IMG/VR virus record: IMGVR_UViG_3300032954_000010
Location: 2,453 to 66,452 of that record
DNA: 64,000 nt
Reading direction: 5' to 3' (one strand)
Source of the DNA: a virus
Shown: piece after piece, positions 26,454 to 35,493 of the stretch
How positions within the stretch are numbered: position 1 is the stretch's first letter
Layout of the letters: each line of letters begins with the position of its first letter
Notes under the pieces: model-generated
Database searches by the model: none
What the model saw: only the letters and a program-made list of their open reading frames with translations
What the model was told of the DNA's origin: nothing
Made by a program: the position numbers and the translations under genes

Positions 26454-27754
26454 AAATGGCACTATCTTTGTTGACGGCTAATAAGCCCGAGCTGGTCGCC
26501 CAGTCGGCCAAGCCCTTGCTGGCGGGCGCTGTTGCTAATAAATATCATCTGTTTGTCGTCGACGGATCGACCAGCGATGTAAACGAGCAGGCGATCTGGG
26601 ATTTGACGTGGCCTGCCGGTCACATGCACGCCAATGTGCGCGGCGGTGCCGGAGCGGCCATCGTCTACGCGCTGAGCATGATGCTGGCGCACGAGGAGAA
26701 CTACAGCCATGTGGCGCTCGTCGAAAGCGACGTGCTTCTTCTTGACGGCTGGCTCGATTGCCTTGATCTGTTTGATCTTGGCAGGACCGTTGGGCTCGAA
26801 GTGGGGGCTGTCAGCGCACGTTGCTACGTGGATCGAGTTCTATTCCAGGAAGATCGTTTTGCCGTGATGCACAATCTCGGCGCGGGGATGATCGTGCTGA
26901 CGCGCGAGGCCGCGCGAATTGTGCTGGACACGTTCCGAACCGCATGGTCGACTGATAACCGCCGCATTTTTGCACAACTGGCGGGTCTCGATATCGGTTC
27001 GTTCTGGGCGTTCCGCACCAATGAGCATTATCTGACGGCAGATTGGCATTGGGAAGCCGCGCTTGCGGCGCGTGGCTTGGCGGCCTTGGCCCTGACGCCT
27101 TCTCCGGTCGAGATGATCGGGCAAAATTCGCCCTTGGCCGAGCAGGGATTGACGATTGCGACGGGACCGGTCGAGGAGCGGAGAGACAGTATTGCGTTGG
27201 GGGTCTATGCAAATCAGCTCGCGCGCGTCGGCTGCGCATCCCCGGATCAATTGTTGCTTTCTGTCGACACCAAATTTCATTTCGACCCCAACACTGGCAC
27301 CCAGACAATCTTTCCGCATCAGATGGAAATGCTTGGCGGCAATTATTGGGGCGATTGGCGGTTACAGGAAGCGCGTGGATGGGGCACGTTTGCTTGGCGG
27401 GCCGGCGACGGCACCGGTTTGAAGGAAATCGAGCAGGCGACCCATGGATTTTACACAAAGAACACGTTGAGCGTCCCTGTCTTCGGTCCCTGTGCCGTGC
27501 TCATGTCGGGCGGCAAGACCGGCGGTAAGATGGAAGTGATCGACATGCAATCCGGCTTCAAAGCCGCACCTGAACTGCCGCCGGAGGAAGGACACGGCGT
27601 TCTGCAATTGATGGTGCCGGGTGGCATGAATTATCGATCTTTGCGAATCAACGCCTTGACGCCGGGTGTTGTCTTCTATGGCATCCAGTCGCGCGAAAAG
27701 CAGCCCTATCTGCCGAACATTTCCTTCAACCACTCGATGTTGCCGCCAGCATGA
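26450..27754 (+). CDS. putative GT-A (GT2-like) glycosyltransferase
   Basis: LFVVDGSTS, VESDVLL (DxD-like); cluster context. Confidence 0.55.
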   Translation: MKMALSLLTANKPELVAQSAKPLLAGAVANKYHLFVVDGSTSDVNEQAIWDLTWPAGHMHANVRGGAGAAIVYALSMMLAHEENYSHVALVESDVLLLDGWLDCLDLFDLGRTVGLEVGAVSARCYVDRVLFQEDRFAVMHNLGAGMIVLTREAARIVLDTFRTAWSTDNRRIFAQLAGLDIGSFWAFRTNEHYLTADWHWEAALAARGLAALALTPSPVEMIGQNSPLAEQGLTIATGPVEERRDSIALGVYANQLARVGCASPDQLLLSVDTKFHFDPNTGTQTIFPHQMEMLGGNYWGDWRLQEARGWGTFAWRAGDGTGLKEIEQATHGFYTKNTLSVPVFGPCAVLMSGGKTGGKMEVIDMQSGFKAAPELPPEEGHGVLQLMVPGGMNYRSLRINALTPGVVFYGIQSREKQPYLPNISFNHSMLPPA

Positions 27755-29775
27755 TGATACGCGCTTTGATTACCGGCATAACCGGCATGGTCGGCTCGCA
27801 TCTGGCTGACTATCTGCTCGCCAACACCGGCTGGAATATCTATGGCATGACGCGATGGCGCAGCCCGCTCGCCAATCTAGAACAGCATTTTGGTCGCATC
27901 GAGAAAGGCGACCGGTTGTTCCTGCTCAATGGCGATCTGCGCGATAGTTCGTCGCTGCGTCATGTCGTGCAAACCGCGCGCCCCGATTTTGTCTTTCATC
28001 TTGCCGCTCAATCGTTCCCGCAGACCAGCTTCAAATCGCCGATCGATACCTACGAGACCAACATCATCGGTACTTGCCGCCTGTTGGAGACACTGTGGGA
28101 GTATGTGCCGGACGCGACCATTCATGTCTGCGCCTCGTCGGAAGTCTTCGGTCGCGTATCCAAGGACGAGATACCGATCCACGAGGATTGCCGGTTTCAT
28201 CCAGCCTCGCCTTATGCCATCTCCAAATGTGGGACCGATCTGATCGGGCGCTTCTATGCCGAGGCTTACGGCATGAACGTACAGACGACACGGCTGTTTA
28301 GTCACAGTGTTAGTCGTTGGACACCAGTTATTTTGCGCGATAGTTGTAGCGGTTTAATTGATATAAAATATATTTCAGAATTACGAGAAGCTGGGAAACG
28401 TGGAGGATATTTTTCAGGCCGATTCTTGGAAGATGGTACACAACTTTGGGATTTCACGCGGCATAATCTTGAAGTATGGAATAACGGATGCTGGACAAAA
28501 ATAAAACATCTGTCGTGCCACCCAATTCGAAATAACAAGATGCTTGAAATTGCCACTCGTTCGGGCTCTGTTGACGTAACTGATAATCATTCTGTGATAG
28601 GAATGGAAGGACAAGAACTCGTTGCAGCAAATTTGGCGAAAGGAGACAAGCTAAAAGTTACTGAATTGCCAATTTCAGAGGAAACCGATTTGCCTGAAGA
28701 ACTGGCATGGTTGTACGGTTTTTTTGTTTCGGAAGGTTGTTTGACTCATGGGAAAATTAGAATTGATAATAAGAAAAAAGAATTGCTTGATCGTTGTCGA
28801 TCCGCGCTATTAAAATTTTTAGCGTGTGATTCTTACTATACTACAGGTCGTCACGGCGTACTACGAATTACAGTCAGAAAACCTGAGCGCTTTGTTCAAT
28901 ATTTTATCGATTGTTATGCTAAGGATCACAATAAGCGTATCCCAAAAATTATTTTGAACGCTTCTCACAAGGCAAAATTAGCTTTTTTACGAGGATACAA
29001 TGCTGGGGATGGACGATTAAATCATCCTACTTTGGTTAGTGAATTTTTAGATTTTAAAACAAAATCGCCCATTTTAGCGATGGGTCTTTTCGTTTTGGCG
29101 GAAGAAGTTTTGCGTGTTCGAGTAAGATTAACAATCGAACATCGAGCGCAAGCCCGTTATTATGGAGTACGACCGCTGAATCAAGTAGTAAGCGGAAAAG
29201 GCAAACACCTTCTCAGAGATTCGAATGAGATAATTAAAATTACGGAACTTCCATACGAAGGTGAAGTATGGGATTTTGAAACAGAGAACCACTGGTTTAA
29301 CGCAGGAATTGGCGGGTTGATAGTGCATAACACAGGGCCGCGCCGCGGCGATGTCTTTGTCGAGTCGTCGTTCGCCAAGCAAATCGTGATGATCGAGCGC
29401 GGCTTGATCGAGCCGGTGATCCGCGTCGGCAATCTCAACTCGATGCGGACCTGGCTCGATGTGCGTGACGTGACGCGAGCTTACCACTTGCTGCTGACCA
29501 AGGACCCCATTATTGGCGCTTATTACAACATCGGCGGCGAGTATTCGTGTACGGTCGGCGATATGCTTAACGCGCTGCTGGGCATGACGGACGTGAAACC
29601 GCGCATCGAGCAGGACCCGGCGCGCATGCGGCCCATCGATGCCGACCTGCAAATTCCAAACACGCTCAAATTCCGTAAGCATACCGGCTGGCAGCCTGAG
29701 ATTCCCTTCCGGCAGACCGTGCAGGACCTGCTTGACTATTGGCGCAACAACAAGATTCCGGTGCTGTACCGATGA
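27751..29775 (+). CDS. gmd: GDP-mannose 4,6-dehydratase-like SDR, intein-containing
   Basis: ALITGITGMVGSHL, HLAAQS, ASSEVFG, SPYAISK, RLFSH/TGPRRG, VGNLNSMRTWLDVRD. Confidence 0.85.
   Translation: MMIRALITGITGMVGSHLADYLLANTGWNIYGMTRWRSPLANLEQHFGRIEKGDRLFLLNGDLRDSSSLRHVVQTARPDFVFHLAAQSFPQTSFKSPIDTYETNIIGTCRLLETLWEYVPDATIHVCASSEVFGRVSKDEIPIHEDCRFHPASPYAISKCGTDLIGRFYAEAYGMNVQTTRLFSHSVSRWTPVILRDSCSGLIDIKYISELREAGKRGGYFSGRFLEDGTQLWDFTRHNLEVWNNGCWTKIKHLSCHPIRNNKMLEIATRSGSVDVTDNHSVIGMEGQELVAANLAKGDKLKVTELPISEETDLPEELAWLYGFFVSEGCLTHGKIRIDNKKKELLDRCRSALLKFLACDSYYTTGRHGVLRITVRKPERFVQYFIDCYAKDHNKRIPKIILNASHKAKLAFLRGYNAGDGRLNHPTLVSEFLDFKTKSPILAMGLFVLAEEVLRVRVRLTIEHRAQARYYGVRPLNQVVSGKGKHLLRDSNEIIKITELPYEGEVWDFETENHWFNAGIGGLIVHNTGPRRGDVFVESSFAKQIVMIERGLIEPVIRVGNLNSMRTWLDVRDVTRAYHLLLTKDPIIGAYYNIGGEYSCTVGDMLNALLGMTDVKPRIEQDPARMRPIDADLQIPNTLKFRKHTGWQPEIPFRQTVQDLLDYWRNNKIPVLYR
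28306..29331 (+). mobile_element. intein with LAGLIDADG homing endonuclease (342 aa)
   Basis: Starts SVSRWTPV; block B VTDNHSV; LYGFFVSEG and FLRGYNAGDG; ends VWDFETENHWF...IVHN with +1 Thr; low GC. Confidence 0.92.
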
Positions 29776-30107
29776 CATGGAAAGTATACCTAGAAAATTT
29801 AGTTAATTTCGGCCAGCTTGGTTATCGTATGTACGTTGGCAAAAAAAATGCCGATGGAACAAGTGACTTTTTATTTGGCCCTTCAATTATACATTTGGAG
29901 GCAAATCATTTTATCCCGCAAGAAAAAGCCTTTTTGGATGACAGTGGACCTTATCGAGTAGACGTTAGAAATTTTTTACAAGCGATGTCAGATACCGCAT
30001 GGGAAATCGGTATAAAACCCAAACAAATTGAAGACAATTCTAACGAATTAAAAGCAACCAAGTATCATCTTGAGGATATGCGACAACTGGCGGGTATAAA
30101 GAAATGA
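29772..30107 (+). CDS. hypothetical protein (low GC)
   Basis: MTWKVYLEN...HLEDMRQL; ATGA coupling. Confidence 0.65.
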   Translation: MTWKVYLENLVNFGQLGYRMYVGKKNADGTSDFLFGPSIIHLEANHFIPQEKAFLDDSGPYRVDVRNFLQAMSDTAWEIGIKPKQIEDNSNELKATKYHLEDMRQLAGIKK

Positions 30108-30529
30108 CCGAACGTAAATATCTGCCGACGTTGGCTGAATTGATCGATCGTTTGAGCATCATCATGCTCAAAAGCATTTTCATTTCTGAAAATCGGCAGG
30201 CATACCGCGAGGAAATGGCGCTGATTGAGCATGATATCGGGGCACTGCTCGCTGGTAAGCAACTTGGCGCTCTCGATGTTCGTGCCATCATGGCGATCAT
30301 GCTGACGAACAGATTCATATGGGAAAATGAAAGTCGAGCGCGCGCCGGAGGGGATGACCAGGATAAATTGCTAAAACTTACGCATTCCGTTAACGGCGCC
30401 CGCAATACCGCCAAGAACGTTTTATCGAAGCGGCTTGGCGATCGGCTCGACTTAAAAATTGACTGCCTTGCCGCGAACTTGCCGCCGGAATTTGGCAAAT
30501 GGCAGATATTTGAGGAGGGCGAGGTATGA
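30104..30529 (+). CDS. DUF6165-like hypothetical protein
   Basis: LAELIDRLSIIMLK...NRFIWENE...N. Confidence 0.55.
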   Translation: MTERKYLPTLAELIDRLSIIMLKSIFISENRQAYREEMALIEHDIGALLAGKQLGALDVRAIMAIMLTNRFIWENESRARAGGDDQDKLLKLTHSVNGARNTAKNVLSKRLGDRLDLKIDCLAANLPPEFGKWQIFEEGEV

Positions 30530-31500
30530 AACGCGCCCTCGTTCTCGGAGCCTCGGGGCTGATCGGCTCACATCTCGTGACCCGGCTCAAGGAAGACGGC
30601 TATAACGTCGTCGGCGTATCTCGAAGTCGCCCCTTGATGAACGACGCCGACGAATATATCGAGGTCGATCTGCGCGCCGTGTCGCCGTCCGATACGCTTT
30701 TCAAGGGTGTCGATCGCCTCTATCAGCTCGCCTGCGAGGTCGGCGGCATTGGCTACATTGCTGATAAGGCCAATGAAGTCGAGATGTTGCGCAACTCGAC
30801 TCAGATCGACATGGCGGTGCTCGAAGCTTGTCGTTATCAGCAATTGCGCGGGCGGCGGTCGCCCAAGATTTTTTTTGCCTCGTCGGCTTGCGTCTACAAT
30901 AAGCCAAACAAGCGGTTTTATGCCGAGAGCGACGCCTATCCGGCCAACTGCGCCAATGAGTTCGCGTGGCAGAAACTGTTTGCCGAACGGCTTTATCAGG
31001 CTTACGCGCGCAATTGCGGCATGGACATTCGTATCGGCCGCCTGTTCAACACCTACGGTATCGGCATGGCCTGGCAAGGCGGGCGCGAGAAGTCGGTGGC
31101 GGCACTTTGCCGCAAGATCGCAGAGGCCGAGGATAATGGCGTCATCGAGGTCTGGGGCAGCGGCGAGCAGACGCGCTCCTACATGCACGTCGACGATGCC
31201 GTGGAGGGCATATGCCGCTTGATGGATTATCCGGCGCCGAACGCGGGCGAGCCTTTGAACATCGGGCCGACGCAGGAAGTCACCATCAAGGACCTGATTC
31301 GCACGATCAGCGCCATTGCCGGCAAGCATGTCTTTTCCCGCTTCGGCGACGGCCCTTCGGGCGTATCCAAGATTTGCTCGGATAATGCATGGATCAGGAC
31401 AAAACTGCATTGGCAGCCGGAAATCCCGATTGAGGAAGGGCTGAAAGAGGTCTATCCGTGGATCGAAAAACAAGTGCTTGACTTGCGTACGCAAACGTAA
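30526..31500 (+). CDS. NAD-dependent epimerase, GDP-mannose 3,5-epimerase-like
   Basis: GASGLIGSH, QLACEVGGIG, ASSACVY, GGREKSVAALCRK, EVWGSGEQTRSY. Confidence 0.85.
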   Translation: MKRALVLGASGLIGSHLVTRLKEDGYNVVGVSRSRPLMNDADEYIEVDLRAVSPSDTLFKGVDRLYQLACEVGGIGYIADKANEVEMLRNSTQIDMAVLEACRYQQLRGRRSPKIFFASSACVYNKPNKRFYAESDAYPANCANEFAWQKLFAERLYQAYARNCGMDIRIGRLFNTYGIGMAWQGGREKSVAALCRKIAEAEDNGVIEVWGSGEQTRSYMHVDDAVEGICRLMDYPAPNAGEPLNIGPTQEVTIKDLIRTISAIAGKHVFSRFGDGPSGVSKICSDNAWIRTKLHWQPEIPIEEGLKEVYPWIEKQVLDLRTQT

Positions 31501-31519
31501 TACGTTATAGGAGTTGTCC

Positions 31520-31624
31520 ATGCGTCTCGTTCTCGCGATCCTGATCTGCACGCTGTTGACCGGTTGTGTCGACGGCAGCACCGGTAAGTTCTTCATCTGC
31601 GGGGTAACGACGCATTGTAAATAA
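31520..31624 (+). CDS. small lipoprotein (34 aa)
   Basis: Manual translation MRLVLAILICTLLTG/CVDGSTGKFFICGVTTHCK*; lipobox LTGC; AGGAG RBS. Confidence 0.6.
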   Translation: MRLVLAILICTLLTGCVDGSTGKFFICGVTTHCK

Positions 31625-31635
31625 TGGAGGGGGTC

Positions 31636-32349
31636 ATGCTGCTCGGATATGCCCGCGTTTCCACGACCGAACAGGCCGCCGACAACCGCTACTCGCTGGA
31701 AGGCCAGGAAAAGATCATCCGCGGCTACGCGATGGCCAAGGGTTTCAGCCAGTTCGATACCGCCGTCTATATCGATCCGGGCATCAGCGCCTCGATCCCC
31801 TTGCGCAACCGGCCGAACGGCAAGAAGCTTCTGGAAGACGCCAAGCACGGCGATACCATTATTGCCTCGAAACTCGACCGCATGTTCCGCTCGGCTTCCG
31901 ACGCGCTCAACATGGCAGAGATTTTCAAGGAAAAGGGCATCGATCTCGTGCTGTTCGATCTCGGCTCCGAACCGATCAATGCCAGCGGCCTGGCGCAGTT
32001 TTTCTTCACCATTATCGCCGCCGTGGCGCAACTTGAACGAACCCTCATTCGCGAAAGGATGATCGGTGGCAAGAAAGCGAAGAAAGCGAAAGGCGGCCAT
32101 ATCGGCGGGAAGACGCCTTACGGATACCGAGTTGTTGGCCAAGGTCGCGACGCTCGGCTCGAAGCGGTTGAGGAAGAACAAAGGGTTATTGCAAAGGTTA
32201 AGGAGATCGTCAGTGATCGGCCTTATCTCACGTCGTCATACACCAAGAGCCTGCTCGATGAAGCGGGGATGACGGCGCGCAACGGCAAACCATTCTACAC
32301 CATGCAGGTCCGGCGCATCATCGATCAGGTGCTCAGTGCTCCTCACTGA
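31636..32349 (+). CDS. serine recombinase (resolvase family) with intact catalytic motifs
   Basis: GYARVSTTEQ, DPGISA, KLDRMFR, AQLERTLIRER, GGKTPYGY. Confidence 0.92.
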   Translation: MLLGYARVSTTEQAADNRYSLEGQEKIIRGYAMAKGFSQFDTAVYIDPGISASIPLRNRPNGKKLLEDAKHGDTIIASKLDRMFRSASDALNMAEIFKEKGIDLVLFDLGSEPINASGLAQFFFTIIAAVAQLERTLIRERMIGGKKAKKAKGGHIGGKTPYGYRVVGQGRDARLEAVEEEQRVIAKVKEIVSDRPYLTSSYTKSLLDEAGMTARNGKPFYTMQVRRIIDQVLSAPH

Positions 32350-32542
32350 TTTCGAACTGGAGTGCATGCGGGTTTGCACGCACTGCCGGAAAGCCAAGGA
32401 AATGGAAGAAGCGAAGCAACCGGGACACTCGCTGCGCTATCGCAAAGATACCGGCGAATGGGTCCACGATTTCGTGCGCGGCGAGATGTTTCAACACGTT
32501 TATTGCGTGGCTACTCCACTGAGGAAAACGCATCGTGGGTGA
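32336..32542 (+). CDS. small Cys-containing hypothetical protein
   Basis: CTHC...EWVH...C. Confidence 0.5.
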   Translation: MLLTDFELECMRVCTHCRKAKEMEEAKQPGHSLRYRKDTGEWVHDFVRGEMFQHVYCVATPLRKTHRG

Positions 32543-33929
32543 CAGAAAAACGGCCGAGTTGCTGTTCAATCAGGCTGTGACGAGCGCCAACGACCGCTCC
32601 AAGCCTGAGTATCTTCAACACGCCTACCAACTTTTTTGCTCGGCGGTCTACACCGACCCGACATGGGCCACCGCGTTGTACCAAGCCGGCAATAATGCTT
32701 CCGATCTCAACCATTACCCCGCTGCTCTTGCCTGCTGGCGCCGCGCGCTCGAATGCGAGATGCCGGATACCGGTGAGCAGAACGCGACCGAGGCGGCGCG
32801 CGGCAAGGTAATGTGCAATCTCGGCTGGCGCCTGGAATCCATCGGCGAGACGATGGAAGCGCTGGAGTGGAGCGAACGGGCCGTCAAGGTCGATCCCGAG
32901 CTGTCTTTTGCGTGGCTTAATCTGTCGATCGTGCAGACACGGCTTGGTCGTTTGGAGGAAGCTGTCAAGTCGGCGCGCAGGGCGCACGAGATGTCGCCCG
33001 ACGATGCGAACATTGAGATGGGTTTGGCGTTTGCGCTGCTGTTCAACCGCAATCTGGCCGAAGGCTTCAAGCATTTCGAATCGCGGTGGAGCGCCAAGCT
33101 GGTCAATTTCACCAAATATCCTTATGAGAAGTGGCTGGGCGAGCCCGGCAAGACGTTGTTTTTGGTCTCGGATCAGGGGCTCGGCGATACGCTCAGCATG
33201 TGTCGGTTCTTGCGCGAGACATGCAGGCGCTCACGCTATGTGCATGCCGCCGTGCATCCCGAATTGTTGCGGCTGTTGCAGTATGTCATGCTCGACGTGA
33301 CCAATCTCAATCTGCTGCCGCAGCCCTGTACGTTCCCGGCGGCGGATGCCTGGACGACCTTCGTCAGCCTGCCGTTTGCCTTGGGCCTGACCGACGAGGA
33401 GATTAGGAACACGCCGCAGATCGAGTACGAAGCGCCGCGCAGCAACGCCAAGCAATGGAAGATGCCGGACAGGAAACTCCACATTGGCATCACCTGGCGC
33501 GGCTCGGCATTGAACGAGATGAACGAGTGGCGCTCCATTCCGCTGATGCAATTCCTGGATTTGTACAAGGTGCCGGGTGTGCAGCTTTACAGTTTGCAGG
33601 TTGACGCCAACAAGCAGCAACTGCACGACTTTGGCTGTGCGCCAATAATTAAAGATTTGTCAGGTTATATTCGGGACATCACCGATACCTGTTCCTTCTT
33701 GCGCGATCTCGATCTGGTGGTAGGCTGCGACTCGGCACTCGGTCACATCTGTACCATGATGCGCAAGGAATACTGGCTCGGCTATGCTTGGATGGCGCGC
33801 GATTATCGGGTTGGGTTCGACGGCTCCGACCAGCTCTGGTCGAAGTACAAGGTGTTCAGTCAAGGGCCGGATCGGCAGTGGAAGCCGGTATTCGATCAGA
33901 TGGTTGAGGCGTTGAAAAAGCGTGTATGA
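32535..33929 (+). CDS. TPR-repeat protein with GT9-like (GT-B) C-terminal domain
   Basis: TPR helices; DQGLGDTL; GITWRGS; RSIPL; LDLVVGCDSALGH. Confidence 0.8.
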   Translation: MGDRKTAELLFNQAVTSANDRSKPEYLQHAYQLFCSAVYTDPTWATALYQAGNNASDLNHYPAALACWRRALECEMPDTGEQNATEAARGKVMCNLGWRLESIGETMEALEWSERAVKVDPELSFAWLNLSIVQTRLGRLEEAVKSARRAHEMSPDDANIEMGLAFALLFNRNLAEGFKHFESRWSAKLVNFTKYPYEKWLGEPGKTLFLVSDQGLGDTLSMCRFLRETCRRSRYVHAAVHPELLRLLQYVMLDVTNLNLLPQPCTFPAADAWTTFVSLPFALGLTDEEIRNTPQIEYEAPRSNAKQWKMPDRKLHIGITWRGSALNEMNEWRSIPLMQFLDLYKVPGVQLYSLQVDANKQQLHDFGCAPIIKDLSGYIRDITDTCSFLRDLDLVVGCDSALGHICTMMRKEYWLGYAWMARDYRVGFDGSDQLWSKYKVFSQGPDRQWKPVFDQMVEALKKRV

Positions 33930-34290
33930 TCCATTTGATCCAAATATTTGGGTGGAGGAAGCACACGAATTTCGGATTTACGCCGATGATCGAGCACAAA
34001 TTTATGCTGTCGTTGATGAGATCGACTACCACTACCTGATTCAATGGCGCTGGACATGGATACAAAATCGAAAAAAATTATACTTGCGGCGTTCTGTCGG
34101 ACGGACAAACCGCAGTGTATATTTGCACCGGGAAGTAACGCAACGTGCTTTCGGCGGGCCGCCGACGCGAAGCCGAAGAATATCTGATCATCTCGACGGC
34201 GACAGTCTGAATTGTCGAAGGTCAAACTTCCGATGGGCTACTAAAAGGCAGAACAACAAAAACCGTTTCGGAGCGCATGCAAGTGTCTAA
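33922..34290 (+). CDS. HNH endonuclease
   Basis: AVVDEIDY, YLHREV, DHLDGDSLNCRRSNFR. Confidence 0.85.
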   Translation: MYDPFDPNIWVEEAHEFRIYADDRAQIYAVVDEIDYHYLIQWRWTWIQNRKKLYLRRSVGRTNRSVYLHREVTQRAFGGPPTRSRRISDHLDGDSLNCRRSNFRWATKRQNNKNRFGAHASV

Positions 34291-34684
34291 TCTTTCACAG
34301 GACGAATTTACTGTTTTGCTGCTCGCCGCCGAGGGCGAGTCCATGATCCCGATTGGCCGCTGGGAAGCGCCAATTCTGGCGCTCGCCGAACGCGGCCTGC
34401 TGCACAAAAATGATCAGGTGAACTATGCCATCACATTGGAGGGCCGTAAGGCGTGCGCCGAACGAAACCGCGAGGATAACGCCCTTTTGCGTCCGCTTCT
34501 GGAAAGCGCTGGCCGGATTAACAATGCGCGCACACAGGCTCAGCAGTCCGTTGAGCAGGCTGCGCAGTGCCTTGCGACGGCTGCCAAGTCCTCGGCCATA
34601 GCGACCGGCGACGACGTAAAGGTATCGTTGCGTGAATGGAGCAGGGTCGCGCTCGAACGCGCCTTGGTGTTGATCGATGGCTGA
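34277..34684 (+). CDS. hypothetical protein
   Basis: 135-aa ORF in operon. Confidence 0.6.
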   Translation: MQVSNLSQDEFTVLLLAAEGESMIPIGRWEAPILALAERGLLHKNDQVNYAITLEGRKACAERNREDNALLRPLLESAGRINNARTQAQQSVEQAAQCLATAAKSSAIATGDDVKVSLREWSRVALERALVLIDG

Positions 34685-35009
34685 ACGCAAGGCGCTTGTC
34701 GTCGCCTTCGACAATTCCGACAAGATGTTTTTCGAGAACCACAAGGACCGGCAGGCGCATATTCGCTTGCCGTTTCAGGGCGAGGCGGCTGGCGAGTTTT
34801 TTGCGTTGGGCGATCATCAGCGCACGCGGCGCCGCATCCTGATCTGGCGCGTGCCACGCGACAGTCCCTACTATCATCCTGTGAAGCAGCCGTTCCTCAA
34901 GATACCGTTCCTTTGTTTTTCCGATGAAAGTATCGAGGACAGCGACGAGGTGTTGCTGCCGATCATCGCGATGATCATGGCGGAGCAGGCGCAAGTGCAA
35001 GGAGTGTAA
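34677..35009 (+). CDS. hypothetical protein
   Basis: 110-aa ORF in operon. Confidence 0.6.
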   Translation: MAERKALVVAFDNSDKMFFENHKDRQAHIRLPFQGEAAGEFFALGDHQRTRRRILIWRVPRDSPYYHPVKQPFLKIPFLCFSDESIEDSDEVLLPIIAMIMAEQAQVQGV

Positions 35010-35011
35010 TC

Positions 35012-35224
35012 ATGGCATGGAACCGGCACGTCTATTCGTCGAACGTTTCGGAAGTTGGTTACGATCCTGAAACCAAGGAACTGCTGATCACTTGGACGAA
35101 GGGCAAGCGATCGATCTACTCCGGCGTGCCCGAGGAACTGGCCGAGCAGTTGGCCAACGCGCCGTCTGTCGGCAGCATGCTGAACACGGAGATCAAACCC
35201 TATTATGTCCACAGATACGCCTGA
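35012..35224 (+). CDS. KTSC domain protein
   Basis: SSNVSEVGYDPETKEL...YSGVP...LANAPSVGS. Confidence 0.88.
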   Translation: MAWNRHVYSSNVSEVGYDPETKELLITWTKGKRSIYSGVPEELAEQLANAPSVGSMLNTEIKPYYVHRYA

Positions 35225-35477
35225 AGAAAATTCCAATCGGTCGTTGTTATTTACGCAAATGGCGGTGCGGATCGAATCAAATAAAACCCAGTCTTTTGGC
35301 GGGGCCTTTGTTGTTGTGCCCCCGTCAGAAGGTGGCGAAATTTTGGATACGTTAATCTTGGATAATCGGCAAGATGCCGCTCAGTTCTGGATGCTGCTCA
35401 AGACCAAATGCGACATCGCTCTCGGCGAACTGGATCAAAAACAGAGGACACAAGCCACTTTCGGGCGGGGACGATAG
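35205..35477 (+). CDS. hypothetical protein
   Basis: 90-aa ORF before terL. Confidence 0.6.
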   Translation: MSTDTPEENSNRSLLFTQMAVRIESNKTQSFGGAFVVVPPSEGGEILDTLILDNRQDAAQFWMLLKTKCDIALGELDQKQRTQATFGRGR

Positions 35478-35493
35478 TCGCTAGTATTACTTC

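Noticed and set aside
30568-32181. 537-aa minus-strand ORF
   Set aside because: Shadow of the epimerase and serine recombinase, which have clear motifs on the + strand.
31636-32349. IS607-family transposase
   Set aside because: No N-terminal HTH before the catalytic domain and no adjacent tnpB.
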